From Chitinophagales bacterium (GTDB lineage: Bacteria > Bacteroidota > Bacteroidia > Chitinophagales > UBA8649), in NCBI GenBank assembly GCA_020635975.1, contig JACJYT010000003.1, positions 138,655 through 202,654 on the forward strand: a stretch of 64,000 nucleotides of DNA, in the 5' to 3' direction. The first letter of the stretch is position 1. Each line of letters starts with the position of its first letter. Below are positions 17,467 to 27,145 of the stretch, in pieces. Position numbers and translations under genes: made by a program. Below the pieces are notes generated by a model that was not told the DNA's origin, did not search any database, and was given only the letters and a program-made list of their open reading frames with translations.

Positions 17467-20400
17467 TTATCTAACTAGTTTAATGTTTTGTGTGATTTCA
17501 AATTTCTGTCCATCTATACCAACCGCTTGAATAACGGCTATGTAGATGCCACTTTCAACAGGAAGGTTTTTAAAGATTCCATCCCAACCATTTTCTAGAA
17601 CGGTAGTTTCATACATTTTACCTCCCCAACGATCAAAGATTTCGAGTTTATAGCTGCTAATATCCTTACCATAAGATCTGTAAATATCGTTTTGACCGTC
17701 TCCGTTTGGAGTGAAAATATTAGGAACATTAAGTTCAGAGTAAAACTCTAAATTAATTACCAAAGTATCTCTAAATATACAGGAACTAGAAGTATCTATA
17801 ATTGTGAAGTAATAGTAATTATCGAAAGTAGTAGGATATAGAGAATAAGACCCACAATTTCCTGGGCAGCTAGCACCTATATTAGATTCATAAGAGAATA
17901 TACTGTTAATGCTTTCATTTTCGATAATGAAGTTAACGCTATCACCGGGATAAGCAATGTAGCTATCTGGACTTACAGCATAAGCTGGAGCACTTGTAAT
18001 ATTATATACTATAATACTATCGCAAGATTGAGAATTTGGAATGCTTATACTGAAATTACTTACCGGTCCATCAACCATAGTGGTATTATCTGCAAGAAGG
18101 AAAGGGAAGTCGTAAGGACAAAGTTCTAAATCTAAAGTATCTGTGCTCGAATTGCTTATTGTCAAATCAATAATGTGTATGGAATCACAAGAATTAATCG
18201 TGTTGAGATTTAGAATAATCTGTTGAGAGCTGGTATAGCTTTGACCATTAATAGTGTATGATTCACATGCACTTATACTTTCAGAGCTAGTTGCTGAAGT
18301 ATGGATGACAAGATTAAAAGCAGTAATCGAATCACAGCCATTCGTTGCTCCACCTATGATAGTATCATTGAAACTAGTTGAAGCAAAATACCAAGTTCCG
18401 AGCACTTGTATAGAGTCGCAGGCACTTAAATTTGCTTGTCCTTGAGCTGTAGGAAGCAAAATTACGGTGTCGTAGTGCGTTGAATCGCAGCCCAAACTTG
18501 TAAGAAGGTTACTTACATTTATTCCAACATCTGCTGGATTACAAGAAGTAGAAGCGGAAGTGGTTACTACAGAATTATTGATCGTAATATTGAAAGTAGT
18601 AATCGAATCGCAGCCATTGCTAGCACCACCAACTAGAGTATCATTAATGCTAGTTGAAGCAAAGTACCAGGTGCTTAATACTTGAGCCGAATCACATTCT
18701 GTAATCGCCACAGTGGCAGAAGCAAAAGGTGCTAAGCTCACCGTATCGTAGTGGGTTGAATCGCAGCCCAAACTTGTAAGAAGGTTGGTAACATCAATAC
18801 CTACATCAGCTGGATTGCACGAAGTAGAAGCGGAGGTGGTCACTACAGAATTATTAATCGTAATATTTAAAGTAGTAATCGAATCGCAGCCATTACTAGC
18901 CCCACCAACGAGAGTATCGTTAAAGCTGGTAGAAGCAAAATACCAAGTACCTTGAACTAAGGCAGAGTCGCAAGCTGTTAAATCGGATACTGCAAAAGCC
19001 GTTGGCAGCAAGCTCACCGTATCGTAGTGGGTAGAATCACAGCCCAAACTAGTAAGTAAGTTGCTTACATTAATACCAACATCAGCTGGATTACAAGAGG
19101 TAGAAGCAGAGCTGGTTACTACAGAATTATTGATTGTAATATTGAAAGTAGTAATCGAATCGCAGCCATTGCTAGCACCCCCAACAAGGGTATCGTTAAA
19201 GCTAGTAGAAGCATAGTACCAAGAGCTTAATATTAGAGCCGAATCACATTCGGTAATCGCTACAGTGGCAGAAGCAAAAGGTGCTAAGCTCACCGTGTCG
19301 TAGTGGGTAGAATCGCAGCCTAAACTTGTGAGTAAGTTGCTTACATTAATACCAACATCAGCAGGATTACAAGAAGTAGAAGCAGAGCTAGTCACCACAG
19401 AATTATTAATCGTAATATTGAAAGTAGTAATCGAATCGCAGCCATTGCTAGCTCCACCAACTAGTGTATCGTTAAAGCTAGTAGAAGCATAGTACCAAGA
19501 GCTTAATACTTGTGCCGAATCACATTCGGTAAGATCCACAATAGCAGAAGCAAAAGGTGCTAAGCTCACCGTGTCGTAGTGGGTAGAATCGCAACCCAAA
19601 CTTGTAAGAAGGTTGGTAACATCAATACCAACATCAGCAGGATTACAAGAAGTAGAAGCGGAGCTGGTCACTACAGAATTATTGATCGTAATATTGAAAG
19701 TAGTGATTGAATCGCAGCCATTGCTAGCTCCACCAACAAGGGTATCGATAAAGCTAGTAGTGGCAAAATACCAAGTACCTTGAACTAAAGCAGAGTCGCA
19801 AGCCGTTAAATCACTTACTGCAAAAGCTGTTGGCAGCAAGCTCACCGTGTCGTAATGAGTCGAATCACAACCAAAAGAATTGATGAAATTAAATTCGAAA
19901 ACTCCTGTATCAGCAACACTACAAGAGAAGCTAGTAGAGAAGCTAGTATCTGTTGGATTAACTGTTAGATTTAAGACAATTATAGAGTCGCAGCCTAAAA
20001 CATTTTGAAGCGTATCATAGTAAATCCCAGAAACGTTTAGATTATTTCCTCCAAAAGTATAGAAAGCATTGGAACAGATATTTTGATTTATAGAATCCAA
20101 TTCTACAGGAGGAGGGTTTATACTAGATTGGGCTAAGAATGCCGCAAATCCTGGCGTAGAGAAAATTTCAAATACAAGGGAGTTGTTGCCAGCTTGCCAA
20201 TCATTACAAAGCGATACACTAACTATACTAGAACTTGAAAAACCTCCAGAGTTAGGCGTAAAATTGCCATATTGTGATTGAGGAATGCCGTTTACGTATA
20301 TTTCTGTTATAGTATTATCGGAGAACACATCTAGATTTAAACAAAAGCTGTTTAATACACAAGCTTCACAAGGAAGGTCAAAGTTTGCTTGATAATAAAA

Positions 20401-21954
20401 GCTTTGGTCTACAGAATGAGAACCAGTGCTGTTATGAGCAATCCATGTTGCATCAGCCCATGGACTATTATAATAAACAGCAGGTGTAGAGCTCATTACT
20501 ACGGCTGGGTTATATATTCCGTTTATTGTAGTTGACGAAACGGTCCATAATAAATCATTGCTTGCTCCAGGTAGTGTACTTCCACTTCCATTAGATCCAG
20601 TATTAAATGCTGTAGAACTAGGTGGACTAAGAGTTGAGCTGTTGATGGTGATATTGAAGGTAGTGATGGAATCGCAGCCATTACTTGCTCCACCAACAAG
20701 GGTATCGTTAAAGCTAGTAGAAGCATAGTACCAAGAGCTTAATACTTGGGCTGAATCACATCCTATGATATCCACAGTAGCAGAAGCAAAAGGTGCTAAG
20801 CTTACGGTATCGTAGTGGGTAGAATCGCAACCTAAGCTTGTAAGAAGGTTCGTAACATCAATACCTACATCAGCTGGGTTACAAGAAGTAGAAGCGGAGC
20901 TGGTCACTATAGAATTATTGATGGTAATATTGAAAGTAGTGATGGAATCACAGCCATTGCTAGCTCCACCAACGAGAGTATCATTAAAGCTAGTAGAAGC
21001 ATAGTACCAAGAGCTTAATACTTGCGCCGAATCACATTCAGTAATATCCACAGTAGCAGAAGCAAAAGGTGCTAAGCTTACCGTATCGTAGTGGGTAGAA
21101 TCGCAGCCCAAACTTGTAAGCAGGTTACTTACATTAATTCCAACATCTGCTGGATTACAAGAAGTAGAGGCGGAAGTAGTCACTACAGAATTATTGATGG
21201 TAATATTGAAAGTAGTGATGGAATCACAGCCATTGCTAGCTCCACCAACGAGAGTATCATTAAAGCTAGTTGAAGCAAAGTACCAAGAGCTTAATACTTG
21301 TGCTGAATCACATTCGGTAACATCCACAATAGCAGAAGCAAAAGGCGCTAAGCTTACCGTATCGTAGTGGGTAGAATCGCAGCCCAAACTTGTAAGCAGG
21401 TTGGTAACATTAATTCCAACATCTGCTGGATTACAAGAAGTAGAGGCGGAAGTAGTCACTACAGAATTAATGATGGTAATATTGAAAGTAGTGATTGAAT
21501 CGCAGCCATTGCTAGCTCCACCAACGAGAGTATCATTAAAGCTAGTTGAAGCATAGTACCAAGAGCTTAATATTTGTGCCGAATCACATTCGGTAACATC
21601 CACAATAGCGGAAGCAAAAGGCGCTAAGCTTACCGTGTCGTAGTGGGTCGAATCACAACCCAAACTTGTAAGAAGGTTCGTAACATCAATACCTACATCA
21701 GCAGGATTACAAGAAGTAGAAGCGGAGCTGGTCACTACAGAATTATTGATCGTGATGTTGAAAGTAGTAATCGAATCACAGCCATTGCTAGCTCCACCAA
21801 CGAGAGTATCGTTAAAGCTGGTAGAAGCCATTATCAGGATTACGAAAGTAGTAGTCGAATCAGCAAGCAGGTAGTCACAGTCACTACTTGTAAAGTAATT
21901 ATTAATCGTAAGTTGTACCATGATATAGAATCGAAGTAATCGAATCGCAGCCAT
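17467..21954 (-). CDS. C-terminal fragment of the giant adhesin: 5 + 6 tandem 92-aa units, a unique central module and the type-B T9SS CTD
   Basis: 1495-aa ORF. Its N-terminal ~40 aa are corrupted repeat, so it has no genuine start. The 92-aa unit is VSLAPFASAxVDxTECDSAQVLSSWYYASTSFNDTLVGGASNGCDSITTFNITINNSVVTSSASTSCNPADVGIxVTNLLTSLGCDSTHYDT. Confidence 0.75.
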   Translation of the reverse strand: MAAIRLLRFYIMVQLTINNYFTSSDCDYLLADSTTTFVILIMASTSFNDTLVGGASNGCDSITTFNITINNSVVTSSASTSCNPADVGIDVTNLLTSLGCDSTHYDTVSLAPFASAIVDVTECDSAQILSSWYYASTSFNDTLVGGASNGCDSITTFNITIINSVVTTSASTSCNPADVGINVTNLLTSLGCDSTHYDTVSLAPFASAIVDVTECDSAQVLSSWYFASTSFNDTLVGGASNGCDSITTFNITINNSVVTTSASTSCNPADVGINVSNLLTSLGCDSTHYDTVSLAPFASATVDITECDSAQVLSSWYYASTSFNDTLVGGASNGCDSITTFNITINNSIVTSSASTSCNPADVGIDVTNLLTSLGCDSTHYDTVSLAPFASATVDIIGCDSAQVLSSWYYASTSFNDTLVGGASNGCDSITTFNITINSSTLSPPSSTAFNTGSNGSGSTLPGASNDLLWTVSSTTINGIYNPAVVMSSTPAVYYNSPWADATWIAHNSTGSHSVDQSFYYQANFDLPCEACVLNSFCLNLDVFSDNTITEIYVNGIPQSQYGNFTPNSGGFSSSSIVSVSLCNDWQAGNNSLVFEIFSTPGFAAFLAQSSINPPPVELDSINQNICSNAFYTFGGNNLNVSGIYYDTLQNVLGCDSIIVLNLTVNPTDTSFSTSFSCSVADTGVFEFNFINSFGCDSTHYDTVSLLPTAFAVSDLTACDSALVQGTWYFATTSFIDTLVGGASNGCDSITTFNITINNSVVTSSASTSCNPADVGIDVTNLLTSLGCDSTHYDTVSLAPFASAIVDLTECDSAQVLSSWYYASTSFNDTLVGGASNGCDSITTFNITINNSVVTSSASTSCNPADVGINVSNLLTSLGCDSTHYDTVSLAPFASATVAITECDSALILSSWYYASTSFNDTLVGGASNGCDSITTFNITINNSVVTSSASTSCNPADVGINVSNLLTSLGCDSTHYDTVSLLPTAFAVSDLTACDSALVQGTWYFASTSFNDTLVGGASNGCDSITTLNITINNSVVTTSASTSCNPADVGIDVTNLLTSLGCDSTHYDTVSLAPFASATVAITECDSAQVLSTWYFASTSINDTLVGGASNGCDSITTFNITINNSVVTTSASTSCNPADVGINVSNLLTSLGCDSTHYDTVILLPTAQGQANLSACDSIQVLGTWYFASTSFNDTIIGGATNGCDSITAFNLVIHTSATSSESISACESYTINGQSYTSSQQIILNLNTINSCDSIHIIDLTISNSSTDTLDLELCPYDFPFLLADNTTMVDGPVSNFSISIPNSQSCDSIIVYNITSAPAYAVSPDSYIAYPGDSVNFIIENESINSIFSYESNIGASCPGNCGSYSLYPTTFDNYYYFTIIDTSSSCIFRDTLVINLEFYSELNVPNIFTPNGDGQNDIYRSYGKDISSYKLEIFDRWGGKMYETTVLENGWDGIFKNLPVESGIYIAVIQAVGIDGQKFEITQNIKLVR
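18300..19890 (-). repeat. Tandem array of ~6 units of a 276-bp (92-codon) coding repeat (C-proximal block)
   Basis: The string ggtgctaagctcaccgt recurs at ~18727 and ~19279 (2 x 276). Six WY[FY]A[ST]TSxxDT[LI][VI]GGA[ST]NGCDSIT motifs occur in the protein. Confidence 0.85.
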
Positions 21955-22500
21955 TGCTAGCTAACCAAGAGCTACTCCAGTAGAAGCAGAGTACCATCGT
22001 AGTGGGTCGAATCACAATCAGTAACCAAACAATAGTGTAAGTAAGTTGCTTACATTTATTCCAACATCAGCAGGATTAAAGGTAGAAGTAGAAGCAGAAG
22101 TCACTACAGAATTATTGATCGTACATATTGAAAGTAGAACATCTAGAATACAAGCCATTGCTAGTATCGTTAGCTGCAGTAAATGCTGTTCTCCACCAAA
22201 TAAGAGCCCATAGAATACTTCGAATCAATCAGAATCGCAACACCGTAAAGCAGAAGCAAAAGGTGCTAAACTCACCGTATCGTAGTGGGTAGAATCACAA
22301 GCTAAACTTGTAAGTAAGTTGCTTACATTTATTCCGACATCAGCAGGATTACATGAGGTAGAAGCAGAGCTAGTCACTACAGAATTATTGATCGTAATAT
22401 TGAAAGTAGTAATCGAATCGCAGCCATTGCTAGCTCCACCAACGAGAGTATCGTTAAAGCTGATAGAAGCAAAATACCAGGTTCCTTGAACTAAGGCAGA
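20640..22500 (-). repeat. Second block of the 276-bp repeat (5 intact units, then units that degrade into the ORF-free zone)
   Basis: There are five units in the ORF from 20640 to 21840. A further near-intact unit at ~22262-22500 lies inside the non-coding gap 21955-23027. Confidence 0.8.
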
Positions 22501-23027
22501 ATCGCAAGCTATGCAGTAAAGGTGCTAAGCGGATACCATCACAAATGTCGTATCACAACCCAAACTAATGGTATCAAGGTCGTACATCAATAGAATCATC
22601 AGGGCCCAAAGTAGTAAGCAGACTTAGTCACCACAGAATTAGCATCGTAATTATTGAAAGTATTAACGAATCATGCAGCCATTACAGCTCCAGTATCGAG
22701 TACGTTAACTCTAGTAATTATATGGTTGACTAAAGGTCAATGTAAGCTGTAAATGTCATCACAAAAGAATCACAATCACTAGCTGTAGTAAAGAATCTGT
22801 TCCCAAGTTAGAAGCATCGTACATTTGTACCAACATTGAAAACAAAAGAAGCACCATTAGCGGTAGTATCACTACCCGTAAATAATTGACTCTGTCAAGT
22901 AATCGTAAGATGCAGTAAATACTTCTGTTCCACCAATTAGAAGCATCGCTATAGTTAGACCGTTACAACAAAAAAGCACCGTTACAAATCGTAGAATATC
23001 GAACACTGTAAATTAATGGTGGCAAAG

Positions 23028-25475
23028 TCAGGTAGTACTTGTTTGATGAACTGAATCACAGCCAAAGTCATTAGTGAAGTTTGTAGTAACTAATCCAGTA
23101 TCCGCTGGATTACAAGATGTAAAGAAAGAAAAAGTAGTATCAATAATAGGTCTTTCTATTACATTAACCATCACTAGAGAATCACAACCATTAGCCGCAG
23201 TAAATACTTCCGTTCCACTTAAGTTAGAAGCATCATAAGTTGTTCCATTAAAGACAAAAGAAGCGCCATTGCAAATCGTAGTATCGAACACTCCCATAAT
23301 TAATGGTGACTCTGTCACTGTAACTGTCACCAAAGAATCACAACCATTAGCTGCCGTAAAGACTTCTGTTCCACTAAGGTTAGAAGCATCATAAGTGGTA
23401 CCATTGAAAACAAAAGAAGCACCGTTACAAATCGTAGTATCGAACACTCCCGTAATTAGAGGCGATTCCGTCACAGTAACTGTCACCAAAGAATCACAAC
23501 CATTAGCTGCAGTAAAGACTTCTGTTCCACTAAGGTTAGAAGCATCATAAGTGGTACCATTGAAAACAAAAGAAGCACCGTTACAAATCGTAGTATCGAA
23601 CACTCCCGTAATTAGAGGCGATTCCGTCACAGTAACTGTCACTACTGAATCACAGCCATTAGCTGCAGTGAAAACTTCCGTTCCACTAAGGTTAGAAGCA
23701 TCGTAAGTTGTGCCATTGAAAACAAAAGAAGCGCCATTACAAATCGTAGTATCGAACACTCCCGTAATTAATGGTGACTCTGTCACGGTAACCGTCACTA
23801 CTGAATCACAGCCATTAGCTGCAGTAAATACTTCTGTTCCACTAAGGTTAGAAGCATCATAAGTTGTACCATTAAAGACAAAAGAAGCACCGTTACAAAT
23901 CGTAGTATCGAACACTCCCGTAATTAATGGTGACTCTGTCACAGTAACTGTCACTAAAGAATCACAGCCACTAGCTGCAGTGAAAACTTCTGTTCCACTT
24001 AAGTTAGAAGCATCGTAAGTTGTACCATTGAAAACAAAAGAAGCGCCATTGCAAATCGTAGTATCGAACACTCCCGTAATTAGAGGCGACTCGGTCACAG
24101 TAACTGTCACTACAGAATCACAACCATTAGCTGCAGTAAAGACTTCTGTTCCACTTAGATTAGAAGCATCGTAAGTTGTACCATTGAAAACAAAAGAAGC
24201 ACCATTACAAATCGTAGTATCGAACACTCCCGTAATTAGAGGCGATTCCGTCACTGTAACTGTCACTACTGAATCACAACCATTAGCTGCAGTAAAAACT
24301 TCTGTTCCACTAAGGTTAGAAGCATCGTATGTTGTACCATTGAAAACAAAAGAAGCACCATTACAAATCGTAGTATCGAACACTCCCGTAATTAGAGGCG
24401 ATTCCGTCACAGTAACTGTCACTACTGAATCACAACCATTCGCAGCAGTAAATACTTCTGTTCCACTTAGATTTGAAGCATCGTAAGTTGTTCCATTAAA
24501 GACAAAAGAAGCTCCATTACAAATCGTAGTATCGAACACTCCCGTAATTAGAGGCGATTCCGTCACAGTAACTGTCACTACAGAATCACAGCCACTAGCC
24601 GCAGTAAATACTTCCGTTCCACTTAGATTAGAAGCATCGTAAGTTGTACCATTGAAAACAAAAGAAGCACCATTACAAATCGTAGTATCGAACACTCCCG
24701 TAATTAATGGTGACTCGGTCACGGTAACTGTCACTACAGAATCACAACCATTAGCTGCCGTAAAGACTTCTATTCCACTAAGGTTAGAAGCATCATAAGT
24801 GGTACCATTGAAGACAAAAGAAGCACCATTACAAATCGTAGTATCGAACACACCAGTAATTAATGGTGATTCTGTCACGGTAACTGTCACTACTGAATCA
24901 CAACCATTCGCAGCAGAAAAGACTTCTGTTCCACTTAGATTTGAAGCATCGTAAGTTGTTCCATTGAAAACAAAAGAAGCACCATTACAAATTGTCGTAT
25001 CGAACACACCAGTAATTAACGGCGACTCGGTCACGGTAACCGTCACTATAGAATCACAGCCATTAGCTGCAGTAAAGACTTCTGTTCCACTTAAGTTAGA
25101 AGCATCGTAAGTGGTTCCATTGAAAACAAAAGAAGCACCGTTACAAATTGTCGTATCGAACACTCCCGTAATTAGAGGAGATTCCGTCACTGTAACCGTC
25201 ACCAAAGAATCACAGCCATTAGTTGCAGTAAATACTTCCGTTCCACTTAGATTAGAAGCATCGTATGTTGTACCATTGAAAACAAAAGAAGCACCATTAC
25301 AAATCGTTGTATCAAACACACCAGTAATTAGTGGCAACTCGGTCACGGTAACTGTCACTACTGAATCACAACCATTAGCAGCAGTAAAGACTTCTGTTCC
25401 ACTTAGATTAGAAGCATCGTATGTTGTACCATTGAAAACAAAAGAAGCACCATTACAAATCGTAGTATCGAACAC
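23028..25475 (-). CDS. Internal fragment of the giant adhesin: ~15.5 tandem 52-aa units
   Basis: 815-aa ORF made almost entirely of ITGVFDTTICNGASFVFNGTTYDASNLSGTEVFTAANGCDSVVTVTVTESPL repeats. It ends in a transition motif (FFTSCNPADTGLVTTNFTNDFGCDSV) that matches the second half of the 92-aa unit. Confidence 0.7.
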   Translation of the reverse strand: MFDTTICNGASFVFNGTTYDASNLSGTEVFTAANGCDSVVTVTVTELPLITGVFDTTICNGASFVFNGTTYDASNLSGTEVFTATNGCDSLVTVTVTESPLITGVFDTTICNGASFVFNGTTYDASNLSGTEVFTAANGCDSIVTVTVTESPLITGVFDTTICNGASFVFNGTTYDASNLSGTEVFSAANGCDSVVTVTVTESPLITGVFDTTICNGASFVFNGTTYDASNLSGIEVFTAANGCDSVVTVTVTESPLITGVFDTTICNGASFVFNGTTYDASNLSGTEVFTAASGCDSVVTVTVTESPLITGVFDTTICNGASFVFNGTTYDASNLSGTEVFTAANGCDSVVTVTVTESPLITGVFDTTICNGASFVFNGTTYDASNLSGTEVFTAANGCDSVVTVTVTESPLITGVFDTTICNGASFVFNGTTYDASNLSGTEVFTAANGCDSVVTVTVTESPLITGVFDTTICNGASFVFNGTTYDASNLSGTEVFTAASGCDSLVTVTVTESPLITGVFDTTICNGASFVFNGTTYDASNLSGTEVFTAANGCDSVVTVTVTESPLITGVFDTTICNGASFVFNGTTYDASNLSGTEVFTAANGCDSVVTVTVTESPLITGVFDTTICNGASFVFNGTTYDASNLSGTEVFTAANGCDSLVTVTVTESPLITGVFDTTICNGASFVFNGTTYDASNLSGTEVFTAANGCDSLVTVTVTESPLIMGVFDTTICNGASFVFNGTTYDASNLSGTEVFTAANGCDSLVMVNVIERPIIDTTFSFFTSCNPADTGLVTTNFTNDFGCDSVHQTSTT

Positions 25476-27145
25476 TCCCGTAATTAATGGCGATTACAAA
25501 TAGTCGTATCGTCACGGTAACTGTCACTAAAGAATCACAACCATTAGCAGCAGTAAAGACTTCTGTTCCACTTAGGTTAGAAGCATCGTAAGTTGTACCA
25601 TTGAAAACAAAAGAAGCACCATTACAAATCGTAGTATCGAACACTCCCGTAATTAGAGGCGACTCGGTCACCGTAACTGTCACTACTGAATCACAGCCAC
25701 TAGCGGCAGTAAAGACTTCTGTTCCACTTAGATTAGAAGCATCGTATGTTGTACCATTGAAAACAAAAGAAGCACCATTACAAATCGTAGTATCGAACAC
25801 TCCCGTAATTAAAAGAAGTGAGAATCACAGCCACTAGCCGCAGTAAATACTTCCGTTCCACTTAGATTAGAAGCATCGTAAGTTGTGCCATTGAAAACAA
25901 AAGAAGCTCCATTACAAATCGTAGTATCGAACACTCCCGTAATTAATGGTGACTCTGTCACGGTAACTGTCACTAAAGAATCACAGCCATTAGCTGCAGT
26001 GAAAACTTCTGTTCCACTAAGGTTAGAAGCATCGTAAGTTGTACCATTGAAAACAAAAGAAGCACCGTTACAAATTGTCGTATCGAACACTCCAGTAATT
26101 AGAGGCGACTCGGTCACCGTAACTGTCACTACAGAATCACAGCCATTAGTTGCAGTAAATACTTCCGTTCCACTTAGATTAGAAGCATCGTATGTTGTAC
26201 CATTGAAAACAAAAGAAGCACCATTACAAATCGTTGTATCAAACACACCAGTAATTAGTGGCAACTCGGTCACGGTAACTGTCACTACTGAATCACAACC
26301 ATTAGCAGCAGTAAAGACCTCTGTTCCACTTAGATTAGAAGCATCGTATGTTGTGCCATTGAAAACAAAAGAAGCTCCATTACAAATCGTAGTATCGAAC
26401 ACTCCCGTAATTAATGGTGACTCTGTCACGGTAACTGTCACTACAGAATCACAGCCATTAGCTGCAGTAAAAACTTCTGTTCCACTAAGGTTAGAAGCAT
26501 CGTAAGTTGTACCATTGAAAACAAAAGAAGCACCATTACAAATCGTAGTATCAAACACACCAGTAATTAATGGTGACTCTGTCACGGTAACTGTCACTAC
26601 TGAATCACAACCATTAGCAGCAGTGAAAGACTTCTGTTCCACTTAGATTAGAAGCATCGTAAGTTGTACCATTGAAAACAAAAGAAGCACCATTACAAAT
26701 CGTTGTATTACCAGTAATTAAGTGGCGACTCGGTCACTGTAACTGTAGAATCACAGCCATTAGCTGCAGTAAAACTTCTGTTCCACTTAGATTAGAAGCA
26801 TCATAAGTTGTACCATTAAAGACAAAAGAAAAGTTACAAATCGTAGCGTAATTAGTGGCGACTCTGTCGTCACTACTGAATCACAGCCATTAGCTGCACT
26901 TCTGTTCCACTTAAGGTTAGAAGCATCATAAGTTGTACCATTAAAGACAAAAGAAGCACCGTTACAAATCGTAGTATCGAACACTCCCGTAATTAATGGT
27001 GACTCTGTCACCGTAACTGTTACTACTGAATCACAGCCATTAGCTGCAGTGAAAACTTCTGTTCCACTTAGATTTGAAGCGTCATAAGTGGTACCATTAA
27101 AGACAAAAGAAGCACCGTTACAAATTGTCGTATCGAAAATGGAAA
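23160..27145 (-). repeat. Tandem array of ~25 near-identical 156-bp (52-codon) coding repeats
   Basis: The period was verified by hand: ccattgaaaacaaaagaagcacc recurs every 156 nt (e.g. 23401 and 23557). The units differ at only a few codons (V/L, T/S/A, N/S, S/L). Confidence 0.9.

Noticed and set aside
24184-26505. Plus-strand ORFs inside the repeat arrays (24184-24486, 25111-25503, 25601-25837, 26047-26505; also 18254-18445, 21091-21273, 21643-21939)
   Set aside because: They are antisense shadows of the minus-strand repeat gene. Their translations (MKTKEAPLQIVVSNTPVIRGDSVTVTVT...) simply mirror the repeat and have no independent start context or signal.
23160-27145. Highly regular ~156-bp periodicity considered as a possible CRISPR array or satellite
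   Set aside because: The units are contiguous with no unique spacers and are far longer than CRISPR repeats. They maintain one long open frame on the minus strand encoding a Cys-containing protein module. No cas genes are nearby.
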